DNA from: Amphiscolops sp. MND2022
Lineage: Eukaryota
Assembly (NCBI GenBank): GCA_964187785.1
Contig: OZ076421.1
Coordinates: 50,096,001-50,160,000 of the forward strand
Direction of reading: 5' to 3'
DNA length: 64,000 bases
Shown: positions 34,501 to 46,560 of the stretch, one piece after another
Position numbering within the stretch: the first letter of the stretch is position 1
Layout of the letters: each line of letters begins with the position of its first letter
The notes under the pieces: generated by a model
The model's input: the letters and a program-made list of their open reading frames with translations, nothing else
Databases searched by the model: none
Told to the model about the DNA's origin: nothing
Made by a program: the position numbers and the translations under genes

Positions 34501-37500
34501 GTCAAAACTTATCAAAATGGGTCAAAAGACCTTGAAGGGTATTACTGCACTACACAGCTGGCATTATACCGCTTTGGGATGGATTGAACGTATTCCGATG
34601 AGTTTTGGATGACTCTTAGCTTCCATTTCTAGTTTTTGCAATTTTTTCTCACATAGCAAGCTCACTCTTTCTCTTCGAACTGCGGAATCAAAAGAAAATT
34701 GTTTCCCGAACTTTCGACAAATAACTTCGTGAACGTGGAGATGAGTTCTGGCTGTTCAGAGACCAGAAAAAAACACAGATAGCAAACCTGGATACCCCAA
34801 TTTTAGATACTGATTTTGCTTCTTTTGTTGCATTTGATGCTTTTGTTGCTTTTAACAATGGTTGCTTATGAATCACAAACAAAACAAGATAGGTGTTGCC
34901 GACTGAAGGCAACTTTGTTAACATTAATTAATTTTCCCATTATGGTTGGTCGTCAACCTTGACCATGTAAATGCTGATGGCAACGTGGTTAAATACCTGA
35001 GCTATGAGGTTCGAGAACAGGGTTCGAACCCCGTCGGGACCCGACCTTTTTCCCCTTTTTCCGACTTTCCCCCCTTTTTACCGTGACCCTAAACGACCCC
35101 AAACGAACGTACCTGCCTGTCAATCATTTGTTTGTCCTTTGTTTTATTGTTTGTAAACAAGTTCAACTGTATATGTAACATGTCAATTACATAATTGTCT
35201 AATTTTGATAAACATACTGAAGCATTATATAATTCTTTCTGTGTTGTGACCGCTTTGGTATCACTGATGTTAAGCTGAACGCTATAGAAGCTTATCAATA
35301 GACATTACTTTCATCTACCTTTCTCCGAAACGGCGACCACCAGACATTGAGTTGAAGTGAGCCACAATAGGATTTGTTGCATAATTCGATGCATTTGTTG
35401 CTTTTCAGAAGTATGAAATTATCTCTCTACTCCGATTTCTGTTTCTACATTTGAAATCAGATTTGTTGAGTGATTTATAACTATCTTGTTCGTTGTGTGT
35501 GATTCTTTTAGTATCACATTTGAAGTAATTTTTGTCAGTGATTTGTTTCTATACCTTTGTTTCTTGTGTGTGAGTTCTTTATTATCACATTTGAAGTGAT
35601 TCCCGTCATTGAATTAATACTATGATATTCATTGTTTGGATTTATTATCACATTTGAAGTAAAGTTTTGTCCTGCTGGGAGTTTTTTCCACTAGACTCCT
35701 TCGGTGGTGGTCTTAGGAAACAGACTCGAAGCAGGGCATTTTCAATACCCAAATTTGCAACATTTGAGTTTTCACAAAAAAAATTTTTTGAGGAAAAAAA
35801 AGCTCGTTTCGTACTTTCGGATGGATAAGACGGTGTCAAAACTTATCAAAGTGGGTCAAAAGACCTTGAAGGGTATTACTGCACTACACAGCTGGCATTA
35901 TACCGCTTTGGGATGGATTGAACGTATTCCGATGAGTTTTGGATGACTCTTAGCTTCCATTTCTAGTTTTTGCAATTTTTTCTCACATAGCAAGCTCACT
36001 CTTTCTCTTCGAACTGCGGAATCAAAAGAAAATTGTTTCCCGAACTTTCGACAAATATCTTGGTGAACGTGGAGATGAGCTCTGGCTGTTCAGAGACCAG
36101 AAAAAAACACAGATAGCAAACCTGGATACCCCAATTTTAGATACCGATTTTGCTTCTTTTGTTGCATTTGATGCTTTTGTTGCTTTTAACAATGGTTGCT
36201 TATGAATCACAAACAAAAAAACAAGATAGGTGTTGCCGACTGAAGGCAACTTTGTTAACATTAATTAATTTTCCCATTATGGTTGGTCGTCAACCTTGAC
36301 CATGTAAATGCTGATGGCAACGTGGTTGAATACCTGAGCTATGAGGTTCGAGAACAGGGTTCAAACCCCGTCGGGACCCGACCTTTTTCCCCTTTTTCCG
36401 ACTTTCCCCCCTTTTTACCGTGACCCTAAACGACCCCAAACGAACGTACCTGCCTGTCAATCATTTGTTTGTCCTTTGTTTTATTGTTTGTAAACAAGTT
36501 CAACTGTATATGTAACATGTCAATTACATAATTGTCTAATTTTGATAAACATACTGAAACATTATATAATTCTTTCTGTGTTGTGACCGCTTTGGTATCA
36601 CTGATGTTAAGCTGAACGCTATAGAAGCTTATCAATAGACATTACTTTCATCTACCTTTCTCCGAAACGGCGACCACCAGACATTGAGTTGAAGTGAGCC
36701 ACAATAGGATTTGTTGCATAATTCGATGCATTTGTTGCTTTTCAGAAGTATGAAATTATCTCTCTACTCCGATTTCTGTTTCTACATTTGAAATCAGATT
36801 TGTTGAGTGATTTATAACTATCTTGTTCGTTGTGTGTGATTCTTTTAGTATCACATTTGAAGTAATTTTTGTCAGTGATTTGTTTCTATACATTTGTTTC
36901 TTGTGTGTGAGTTCTTTATTATCACATTTGAAGTGATTCCCGTCATTGAATTAATACTATGATATTCATTGTTTGGATTTATTATCACATTTGAAGTAAA
37001 GTTTTGTCCTGCTGGGAGTTTTTTCCACTAGACTCCTTCGGTGGTGGTCTTAGGAAACAGACTCGAAGCAGGGCATTTTCAATACCCAAATTTGCAATAT
37101 TTGAGTTTTCACAAAAAAAAAAACAATTTTTTTCAGGAAAAAAAAGCTCGTTTCGTACTTTCGGATGGATAAGACGGTGTCAAAACTTATCAAAATGGGT
37201 CAAAAGACCTTGAAGGGTATTACTGCACTACACAGCTGGCATTATACCGCTTTGGGATGGATTGAACGTATTCCGATGAGTTTTGGATGACTCTTAGCTT
37301 CCATTTCTAGTTTTTGCAATTTTTTCTCACATAGCAAGCTCACTCTTTCTCTTCGAACTGCGGAATCAAAAGAAAATTGTTTCCCGAACTTTCGACAAAT
37401 ATCTTCGTGAACGTGGAGATGAGCTCTGGCTGTTCAGAGACCAGAAAAAAACACAGATAGCAAACCTGGATACCCCAATTTTAGATACTGATTTTGCTTC

Positions 37501-40500
37501 TTTTGTTGCATTTGATGCTTTTGTTGCTTTTAACAATGGTTGCTTATGAATCACAAACAAAAAAACAAGATAGGTGTTGCCGACTGAAGGCAACTTTGTT
37601 AACATTAATTAATTTTCCCATTATGGTTGGTCGTCAACCTTGACCATGTAAATGCTGATGGCAACGTGGTTAAATACCTGAGCTATGAGGTTCGAGAACA
37701 GGGTTCGAACCCCGTCGGGACCCGACCTTTTTCCCCTTTTTCCGACTTTCCCCCCTTTTTACCGTGACCCTAAACGACCCCAAACGAACGTACCTGCCTG
37801 TCAATCATTTGTTTGTCCTTTGTTTCATTGTTTGTAAACAAGTTCAACTGTATATGTAACATGTCAATTACATAATTGTCTAATTTTGATAAACATACTG
37901 AAACATTATATAATTCTTTCTGTGTTGTGACCGCTTTGGTATCACTGATGTTAAGCTGAACGCTATAGAAGCTTATCAATAGACATTACTTTCATCTACC
38001 TTTCTCCGAAACGGCGACCACCAGACATTGAGTTGAAGTGAGCCACAATAGGATTTGTTGCATAATTCGATGCATTTGTTGCTTTTCAGAAGTATGAAAT
38101 TATCTCTCTACTCCGATTTCTGTTTCTACATTTGAAATCAGATTTGTTGAGTGATTTATAACTATCTTGTTCGTTGTGTGTGATTCTTTTAGTATCACAT
38201 TTGAAGTAATTTTTGTCAGTGATTTGTTTCTATACATTTGTTTCTTGTGTGTGAGTTCTTTATTATCACATTTGAAGTGATTCCCGTCATTGAATTAATA
38301 CTATGATATTCATTGTTTGGATTTATTATCACATTTGAAGTAAAGTTTTGTCCTGCTGGGAGTTTTTTCCACTAGACTCCTTCGGTGGTGGTCTTAGGAA
38401 ACAGACTCGAAGCAGGGCATTTTCAATACCCAAATTTGCAATATTTGAGTTTTCACAAAAAAAAACATTTTTTTTTCAGGAAAAAAAAGCTCGTTTCGTA
38501 CTTTCGGATGGATAAGACGGTGTCAAAACTTATCAAAATGGGTCAAAAGACCTTGAAGGGTATTACTGCACTACACAGCTGGCATTATACCGCTTTGGGA
38601 TGGATTGAACGTATTCCGATGAGTTTTGGATGACTCTTAGCTTCCATTTCTAGTTTTTGCAATTTTTTCTCACATAGCAAGCTCACTCTTTCTCTTCGAA
38701 CTGCGGAATCAAAAGAAAATTGTTTCCCGAACTTTCGACAAATATCTTCGTGAACGTGGAGATGAGCTCTGGCTGTTCAGAGACCAGAAAAAAACACAGA
38801 TAGCAAACCTGGATACCCCAATTTTAGATACTGATTTTGCTTCTTTTGTTGCATTTGATGCTTTTGTTGCTTTTAACAATGGTTGCTTATGAATCACAAA
38901 CAAAAAAACAAGATAGGTGTTGCCGACTGAAGGCAACTTTGTTAACATTAATTAATTTTCCCATTATGGTTGGTCGTCAACCTTGACCATGTAAATGCTG
39001 ATGGCAACGTGGTTAAATACCTGAGCTATGAGGTTCGAGAACAGGGTTCGAACCCCGTCGGGACCCGACCTTTTTCCCCTTTTTCCGACTTTCCCCCCTT
39101 TTTACCGTGACCCTAAACGACCCCAAACGAACGTACCTGCCTGTCAATCATTTGTTTGTCCTTTGTTTCATCGTTTGTAAACAAGTTCAACTGTATATGT
39201 AACATGTCAATTACATAATTGTCTAATTTTGATAAACATACTGAAACATTATATAATTCTTTCTGTGTTGTGACCGCTTTGGTATCACTGATGTTAAGCT
39301 GAACGCTATAGAAGCTTATCAATAGACATTACTTTCATCTACCTTTCTCCGAAACGGCGACCACCAGACATTGAGTTGAAGTGAGCCACAATAGGATTTG
39401 TTGCATAATTCGATGCATTTGTTGCTTTTCAGAAGTATGAAATTATCTCTCTACTCCGATTTCTGTTTCTACATTTGAAATCAGATTTGTTGAGTGATTT
39501 ATAACTATCTTGTTCGTTGTGTGTGATTCTTTTAGTATCACATTTGAAGTAATTTTTGTCAGTGATTTGTTTCTATACATTTGTTTCTTGTGTGTGAGTT
39601 CTTTATTATCACATTTGAAGTGATTCCCGTCATTGAATTAATACTATGATATTCATTGTTTGGATTTATTATCACATTTGAAGTAAAGTTTTGTCCTGCT
39701 GGGAGTTTTTTCCACTGGACTCCTTCGGTGGTGGTCTTAGGAAACAGACTCGAAGCAGGGCATTTTCAATACCCAAATTTGCAATATTTGAGTTTTCACA
39801 AAAAAAAACAATTTTTTTGAGGAAAAAAGCTCGTTTCGTACTTTCGGATGGATAAGACGGTGTCAAAACTTATCAAAATGGGTCAAAAGACCTTGAAGGG
39901 TATTACTGCACTACACAGCTGGCATTATACTGCTTTGGGATGGATTGAACGTATTCCGATGAGTTTTGGATGACTCTTAGCTTCCATTTCTAGTTTTTGC
40001 AATTTTTTCTCACATAGCAAGCTCACTCTTTCTCTTCGAACTGCGGAATCATAAGAAAATTGTTTCCCGAACTTTCGACAAAGATCTTCGTGAACGTGGA
40101 GATGAGTTCTGGCTGTTCAGAGACCAGAAAAAAACACAGATAGCAAACCTGGATACCCCAATTTTTGATAATGATTTTGCTTCTTTTGTTGCATTTGATG
40201 CTTTTGTTGCTTTTAACAATAGTTGCTTATGAATTACAAACAAAAAAAAACAAGATAGGTGTTGCCGACTGAAGGCAACTTTGTTAACATTAATTAATTT
40301 TCCCATTATGGTTGGTCGTCAACCTTGAACATGTAAATGCTGATGGCAAAGTGGTTAAATACCTGAGCTATGAGGTTCGAGAACAGGGTTCGAACCCCGT
40401 CGGAACCCGACCTTTTTCCCCTTTTTCCGACTTTCCCCCCCCCCTTTTTACCGTGACCCTAAACGACCCCAAACGAACGTACCTGCCTGTCAATCATTTG

Positions 40501-43500
40501 TTTGTCCTTTGTTTTATTGTTTGTAAACAAGTTCAACTGTATATGTAACATGTCAATTACAAAATTGTCTAATTTTGATAAACATACTGAAACATTATAT
40601 AATTCTTTCTGTGTTGTGACCGCTTTGGTATCACTGATGTTAAGCTGAACGCTATAGAAGCTTATCAATAGACATTACTTTTATCTACCTTTCTCTGAAA
40701 CGACGACCACCAGACATTGAGTTGAAGTGAGCCACAATAGGATTTGTTGCATAATTCGATGCATTTGTTGCTTTTCAGAAGTATGAAATTTTCCCTCTAC
40801 TCCGATTTCTGTTTCTACATTTGAAATCAGATTTGTTGAGTGATTTATTACTATCTTGTTCGTTGTGTGTGATTTTTTAGTATCACATTTGAAGTAATTT
40901 TTGTCAGTGATTTGTTTCTATATATTTGTTTCTTGTGTGTGAGTTCTTTATCATCACATTTGAAGTGATTCCCGTCATTGAATTAATACTATGATATTCA
41001 TTGTTTGGATTTATTATCACATTTGAAGTAAATTTTTGTCCTGCTGGGAGTTTTTTCCACTAGACATCTTCGGTGCTGGTCTTGGGAAACAGCCTCTAAG
41101 TAGGGCATTTTTAATAACCAAATTTGCTATATTTGAGTTTTCACGAGAAAAAAAAACAAATTTTTGAGGAAAAAAGCACGCTTTCAAATGTATATTCTCC
41201 AACAGCCAGCGCGAAAAACTAAATTTCAACAAAGACATCCTACAAGTAAATTGATTGGTTTTTGGCGTCACCATCGCCCACGAATGCCTTTACCCTTACA
41301 TTCGGAGACCTGATAATTTATATTTCTCTGAATTTTGCCTGATAATAAATTTTTCTTCAAGGAAAATGTTGCTACAAGTCCCCACCGAAACGCCAAGTTG
41401 GAAAGAAAAAATCCAAGTCGAACCCGTATCGTCCACTGGAAGCTCTTTCCGTTTCGAGGTTTCTGTTTTGCATAGCTATTCAAGGTTGCGAGACATAGGG
41501 AAGATTTGCTCTTTCCAATGACAGATTTCAAATTTTGACTTTTTTATAGTTTCTCAAGTGACGAAGAAACATTGGAAATGGTGAGCTGTGGGATTAGGTG
41601 AGTTGTTTGAAGAAGCATTGGACTGCGGTTAGCCCTATTTCCGCTAGACTCCTTCGGTGGTGGTCTTAGGAAACAGACTCGAAGCAGGGCATTTTCAATA
41701 CCCAAATTTGCAATATTTGAGTTTTCACAAAAAAAAACAATTTTTTTGAGGAAAAAAAAGCTCGTTTCGTACTTTCGGATGGATAAGACGGTGTCAAAAC
41801 TTATCAAAATGGGTCAAAAGACCTTGAAGGGTATTACTGCACTACACAGCTGGCATTATACCGCTTTGGGATGGATTGAACGTATTCCGATGAGTTTTGG
41901 ATGACTCTTAGCTTCCATTTCTAGTTTTTGCAATTTTTTCTCACATAGCAAGCTCACTCTTTCTCTTCGAACTGCGGAATCATAAGAAAATTGTTTCCCG
42001 AACTTTCGACAAAGATCTTCGTGAACGTGGAGATGAGTTCTGGCTGTTCAGAGACCAGAAAAAACACAGATAGCAAACCTGGATACCCCAATTTTTGATA
42101 ATGATTTTGCTTCTTTTGTTGCATTTGATGCTTTTGTTGCTTTTAACAATAGTTGCTTATGAATTACAAACAAAAAAAAACAAGATAGGTGTTGCCGACT
42201 GAAGGCAACTTTGTTAACATTAATTAATTTTCCCATTATGGTTGGTCGTCAACCTTGACCATGTAAGTGCTGATGGCAAAGTGGTTAAATACCTGAGCTA
42301 TGAGGTTCGAGAACAGGGTTCGAACCCCGTCGGAACCCGACCTTTTTCCCCTTTTTCCGACTTTTCCCCCCTTTTTACCGTGACCCTAAACGACCCCAAA
42401 CGAACGTACATGCCTGTCAATCATTTGTTTGTCCTTTGTTTTATTGTTTGTAAACAAGTTCAACTGTATATGTAACATGTCAATTACAAAATTGTCTAAT
42501 TTTGATAAACATACTGAAACATTATATAATTCTTTCTGTGTTGTGACCGCTTTGGTATCACTGATGTTAAGCTGAACGCTATAGAAGCTTATCAATAGAC
42601 ATTACTTTTATCTACCTTTCTCTGAAACGACGACCACCAGACATTGAGTTGAAGTGAGCCACAATAGGATTTGTTGCATAATTCGATGCATTTGTTGCTT
42701 TTCAGAAGTATGAAATTTTCTCTCTACTCCGATTTCTGTTTCTACATTTGAAATCAGATTTGTTGAGTGATTTATTACTATCTTGTTCGTTGTGTGTGAT
42801 TCTTTTAGTATCACATTTGAAGTAATTTTTGTCAGTGATTTGTTTCTATATATTTGTTTCTTGTGTGTGAGTTCTTTATCATCACATTTGAAGTGATTCC
42901 CGTCATTGAATTAATACTATGATATTCATTGTTTGGATTTATTATCACATTTGAAGTAAATTTTTGTCCTGCTGGGAGTTTTTTCCACTAGACATCTTCG
43001 GTGCTGGTCTTGGGAAACAGCCTCTAAGTAGGGCATTTTTAATAACCAAATTTGCTATATTTGAGTTTCCACGAGAAAAAAAACAAATTTTTGAGGAAAA
43101 AAGCACGCTTTCAAATGTATATTCTCCAACAGCCAGCGCGAAAAACTAAATTTCAACAAAGACATCCTACAAGTAAATTGATTGGTTTTTGGCGTCACCA
43201 TCGCCCACGAATGCCTTTACCCTTACATTCGGAGACCTGATAATTTATATTTCTCTGAATTTTGCCTGATAATAAATTTTTCTTCAAGGAAAATGTTGCT
43301 ACAAGTCCCCACCGAAACGCCAAGTTGGAAAGAAAAAATCCAAGTCGAACCCGTATCGTCCACTGGAAGCTCTTTCCGTTTCGAGGTTTCTGTTTTGCAT
43401 AGCTATTCAAGGTTGCGAGACATAGGGAAGATTTGCTCTTTCCAATGACAGATTTCAAATTTTGACTTTTTTATAGTTTCTCAAGTGACGAAGAAACATT

Positions 43501-44620
43501 GGAAATGGTGAGCTGTGGGATTAGGTGAGTTGTTTGAAGAAGCATTGGACTGCGGTTAGCCCTATTTCCGCTAGACTCCTTCGGTGGTGGTCTTAGGAAA
43601 CAGACTCGAAGCAGGGCATTTTCAATGCCCAAATTCGCAATATTTGAGTTTTCACAAAAAAAAACAATTTTTTTGAGGAAAAAAAGCTCGTTTCGTACTT
43701 TCGGATGGATAAGACGGTGTCAAAACTTATCAAAATGGGTCAAAAGACCTTGAAGGGTATTACTGCACTACACAGCTGGCATTATACCGCTTTGGGATGG
43801 ATTGAACGTATTCCGATGAGTTTTGGATGACTCTTAACTTCCGTTTTTAGTTTTTGCAATTTTTTCTCACATAGCGAGCTCACTCTTTCTCTTCGAACTG
43901 CGGAATCAAAAGAAAATTGTTTCCCGAACTTTTGACAAATATCTTAGTGAACGTGGAGACCAGTACTGGTCGGTCAGAGACCAGATAAAACACTTGCGAA
44001 AATTGGCTAAATCTGGATACCACAATTGTTGATACTGATTTTGCTTATTTTGTTGCATTTGATGCTATTGTTGCATTTAACAATTGTTGCTTCTCAGGAG
44101 TATGAAATTTTCTTTATACTCTGTTTCCTGTTTCTAAAAATGAAATCAGATTTGTTCTGAGTGCTTTATTACTATCTTGTTTGTTGTGTGTGATTCTTTT
44201 AAAATCACATTTGAAGTGATTTTTGTCAGTGATTTGTTTCTATTACATTTGTTTTGCGGGTGTGATTTCTTTATTATGACATTTGAAGTGATTTTCGTCA
44301 GTGAACTAATACTATGATATTTATTCATTGTTTGGATTTTTTATCACATTTGAAGTGAATTTTTTTCCTGCTGGGAGTTTTTTGCCACTAGACTCTTTCG
44401 GTGCTGATCTTAGGAAACAGCCTCTAAATATGGCATTTTAAAATACCCAAATTTGCTATATTTGAGTTTTCACAGAAACTTTTTTCGAACAAAGCACGCG
44501 TTCAAATGTATTTTCACAGCCAGCGCGAGAATACTAAATTTTTACAAAAATATCCTAAAAGTAAAATGATAGTTTTTTTGGCGTCACCATCGCTCACGAA
44601 AGCTTTTTGACCTTACATTC
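28539..44620. repeat. Tandem array of 1.34-kb and 1.93-kb units (11 starts)
   Basis: The marker tactttcggatgg occurs at ~28540, 29876, 31203, 32541, 34478, 35812, 37156, 38499, 39839, 41770 and 43696 (periods 1327-1344 or 1926-1937). Each unit has internal atcacatttgaagt subrepeats. Confidence 0.95.
29034..29122 (+). ncRNA. tRNA(His)-like Pol III cassette, representative of 10 copies
   Basis: A box TGGCATAGTGG (29041), B box GGTTCGAACCC (29084) and T4/T5 runs at 29110-29122. ATG sits at the anticodon position and the cloverleaf is imperfect. Other A boxes are at ~30371, 31706, 33046, 34978, 36315, 37659, 39002, 40344 and 42274. Confidence 0.6.
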
Positions 44621-45340
44621 GAAGACCGTGCGGACTTTTTTTCACGCCATACAACTTCTATCGGAATTTTTTCAATAACCACTCGGTTGATCAGTGACTC
44701 TTGTTTGTTTTCCAAAAGACCACTGATGATGTTGTCTGTACTGTCTCAGGAGTGATGCATACCGGAAATGTTTTTACGACTTAACAACAGAACGCTCGGA
44801 CCAATGTAAAAACAATTCTGTTTCGAAAGCTTCCTCCATGTGTACTAATTGGTTTTCGGCCACTCATCATGGCACAATGTCGTAATGCTGCGACCTATGA
44901 TGGGATCTCCCTTGACCACTCTGTTTTTTTGAGACCCGAAGGAGGCCACGTTCTCGTCGTGGGTCTCGTCAAGTGTGGTACTATGTATCTCATGAGCTGA
45001 AAGCCTCCCTAAAAATACAGCATAAAGACTTCTGCAACCAATTTCTTTAAACTTTGTTTACAGGTGGCGGTTACGCCCGACATTGAGATATGTCTTACAT
45101 AGTTTTTAATACTTCTTTATATTACAATTATACTTTGTGATCTCGTTTTCTTGTGGAACTCGTGTTCTTGAACGTATGAATGTATAAGTAAGTTGAGGGT
45201 GCTTTGGGAAGTGTACTGCAAGCTGAAACGCTCTCTACTATATACAATCTATCCAATATGAAGCCCAGCTCAAGCAACGGCTACAATAATAACAAATAAG
45301 AAATGGGAAAATTTTAAAAGTCAGGGATTTTCCCATTAAG

Positions 45341-45510
45341 CCATGGATCGTAATGCCACCAAGCCATGGGAAAATCTGCCAGGCCATGGATTATCCTAAC
45401 AAGTTATGGATTTCCTTTCAAGTTTCTTGCATATCCATGGTGGGACCCATGGATTTTCCTATCATGGCATTGTAGGGCTGCATGGATTTTCCTGGTAGTC
45501 TTACCATGGA
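45341..45510. repeat. Cluster of CCATGG palindromes (subterminal-repeat-like)
   Basis: Six exact CCATGG plus three near matches in 170 bp. Confidence 0.7.
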
Positions 45511-45995
45511 CCAAAACACTGGGCATTATTGGAGCCCAAGAACCAACCAAAACACACTGACACATCCTATGGGACCTACGAAAAATGCTATGTTCGAAGT
45601 GAACTTCTCGCTTTTAGAATAGTTTTTGACGTCTTGGTTTAAGAAATAAAACACCTGAACAAAACTATTTGATATCGAAAAAAGCGAAAAACAGTCAAAA
45701 TTTGTTGTCAATATTTCAATTAATATTTAGGATCAGGCTTTTTCTACGGTTTCTGGATGTTGTGTATGATTACCAAATGTAAGTTGAGCCACGAAAGTTT
45801 GACTTGCTACAATTAGGGAAGATATTTATATCCTTTTTCAGAACATTTGTACAAAAAAGCAATCAGAATAGTGTCTGAAGCCAGTGAAGACGGTCTCTCA
45901 GAAAAGGTCATATTCAAAGTGCACTTGTTTTTCATTTTTATGAAATTTCTGAACAAACTCAAAAATCTAAAGTTCAATATCTAGTACTTCTAAAA

Positions 45996-46560
45996 AATGT
46001 CGTTCAAGGTCCCGCATTCAATTCCATTGAAAGATACCTCGATGAAGATCCCCAGGGATTTCAAAAAGTTTACTTAAGTGAACAGAAATTATTTGGCCTT
46101 GTAGCTACGAAAATGTTCCGAAAGGGTGACTTTCTTCTCTTCTACAGAGGTGAACGCATTTCAAAGCAGGAATACAACCGCAGACTGAGAGTGAGTATCT
46201 CATTCAAAAGTAATGTGTCAAAAACTTAACAGTTTTGTTTTTGGTAAGTTATAAACTTTGTACTAAAACAATTTTTCAGCTCGGAAAACAGTACTTGTTC
46301 ACCGATATTGAAACGATGTTCATCGACGCCGAGAACGAAGAAACTGCTGGTCTAGCGCGCTACATGAACAATGACCATCGAAAACCAAATGCCAAAGCTG
46401 TCCATTACGTCGACTCCAGTGAGATATTTTACAGATAAAACTACCAAATCTCATCAATTTTATTCCTTCAGGAGGAATACCACAAGTCCAATTCGTCGCC
46501 ATCCGCGAAAGATAAGGAAGTCAGTTACGACTATAATGGACTTGACCTCACTTGGAGGAC
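45996..46560 (+). pseudogene. Second SET8-like methyltransferase gene; founder copy of the 890-bp array, frameshifted before EEVSYDY
   Basis: NVVQG...FGLVATKMFRKGDFLLFYRGERISKQEYNRRLR | intron 46191-46279 | LGKQYLF...IDAENEETAGLARYMNNDHRKPNAKAVHYVDS | intron 46419-46471 | RGIPQVQFVAIR, then 7 nt, then out-of-frame KEVSYDYNGLDLTWR. Confidence 0.85.

Noticed and set aside
44897-44930. MMGSPL as the Penelope RT motif (G.AMGSPL)
   Set aside because: A stop follows within a few codons and no other RT motifs flank it.
46233-46243. 11-nt micro-exon (cag|ttttgtttttg|gtaagt) inside the SET intron
   Set aside because: Including it shifts the frame. Splicing the whole 89-bp intron gives the expected SET sequence.
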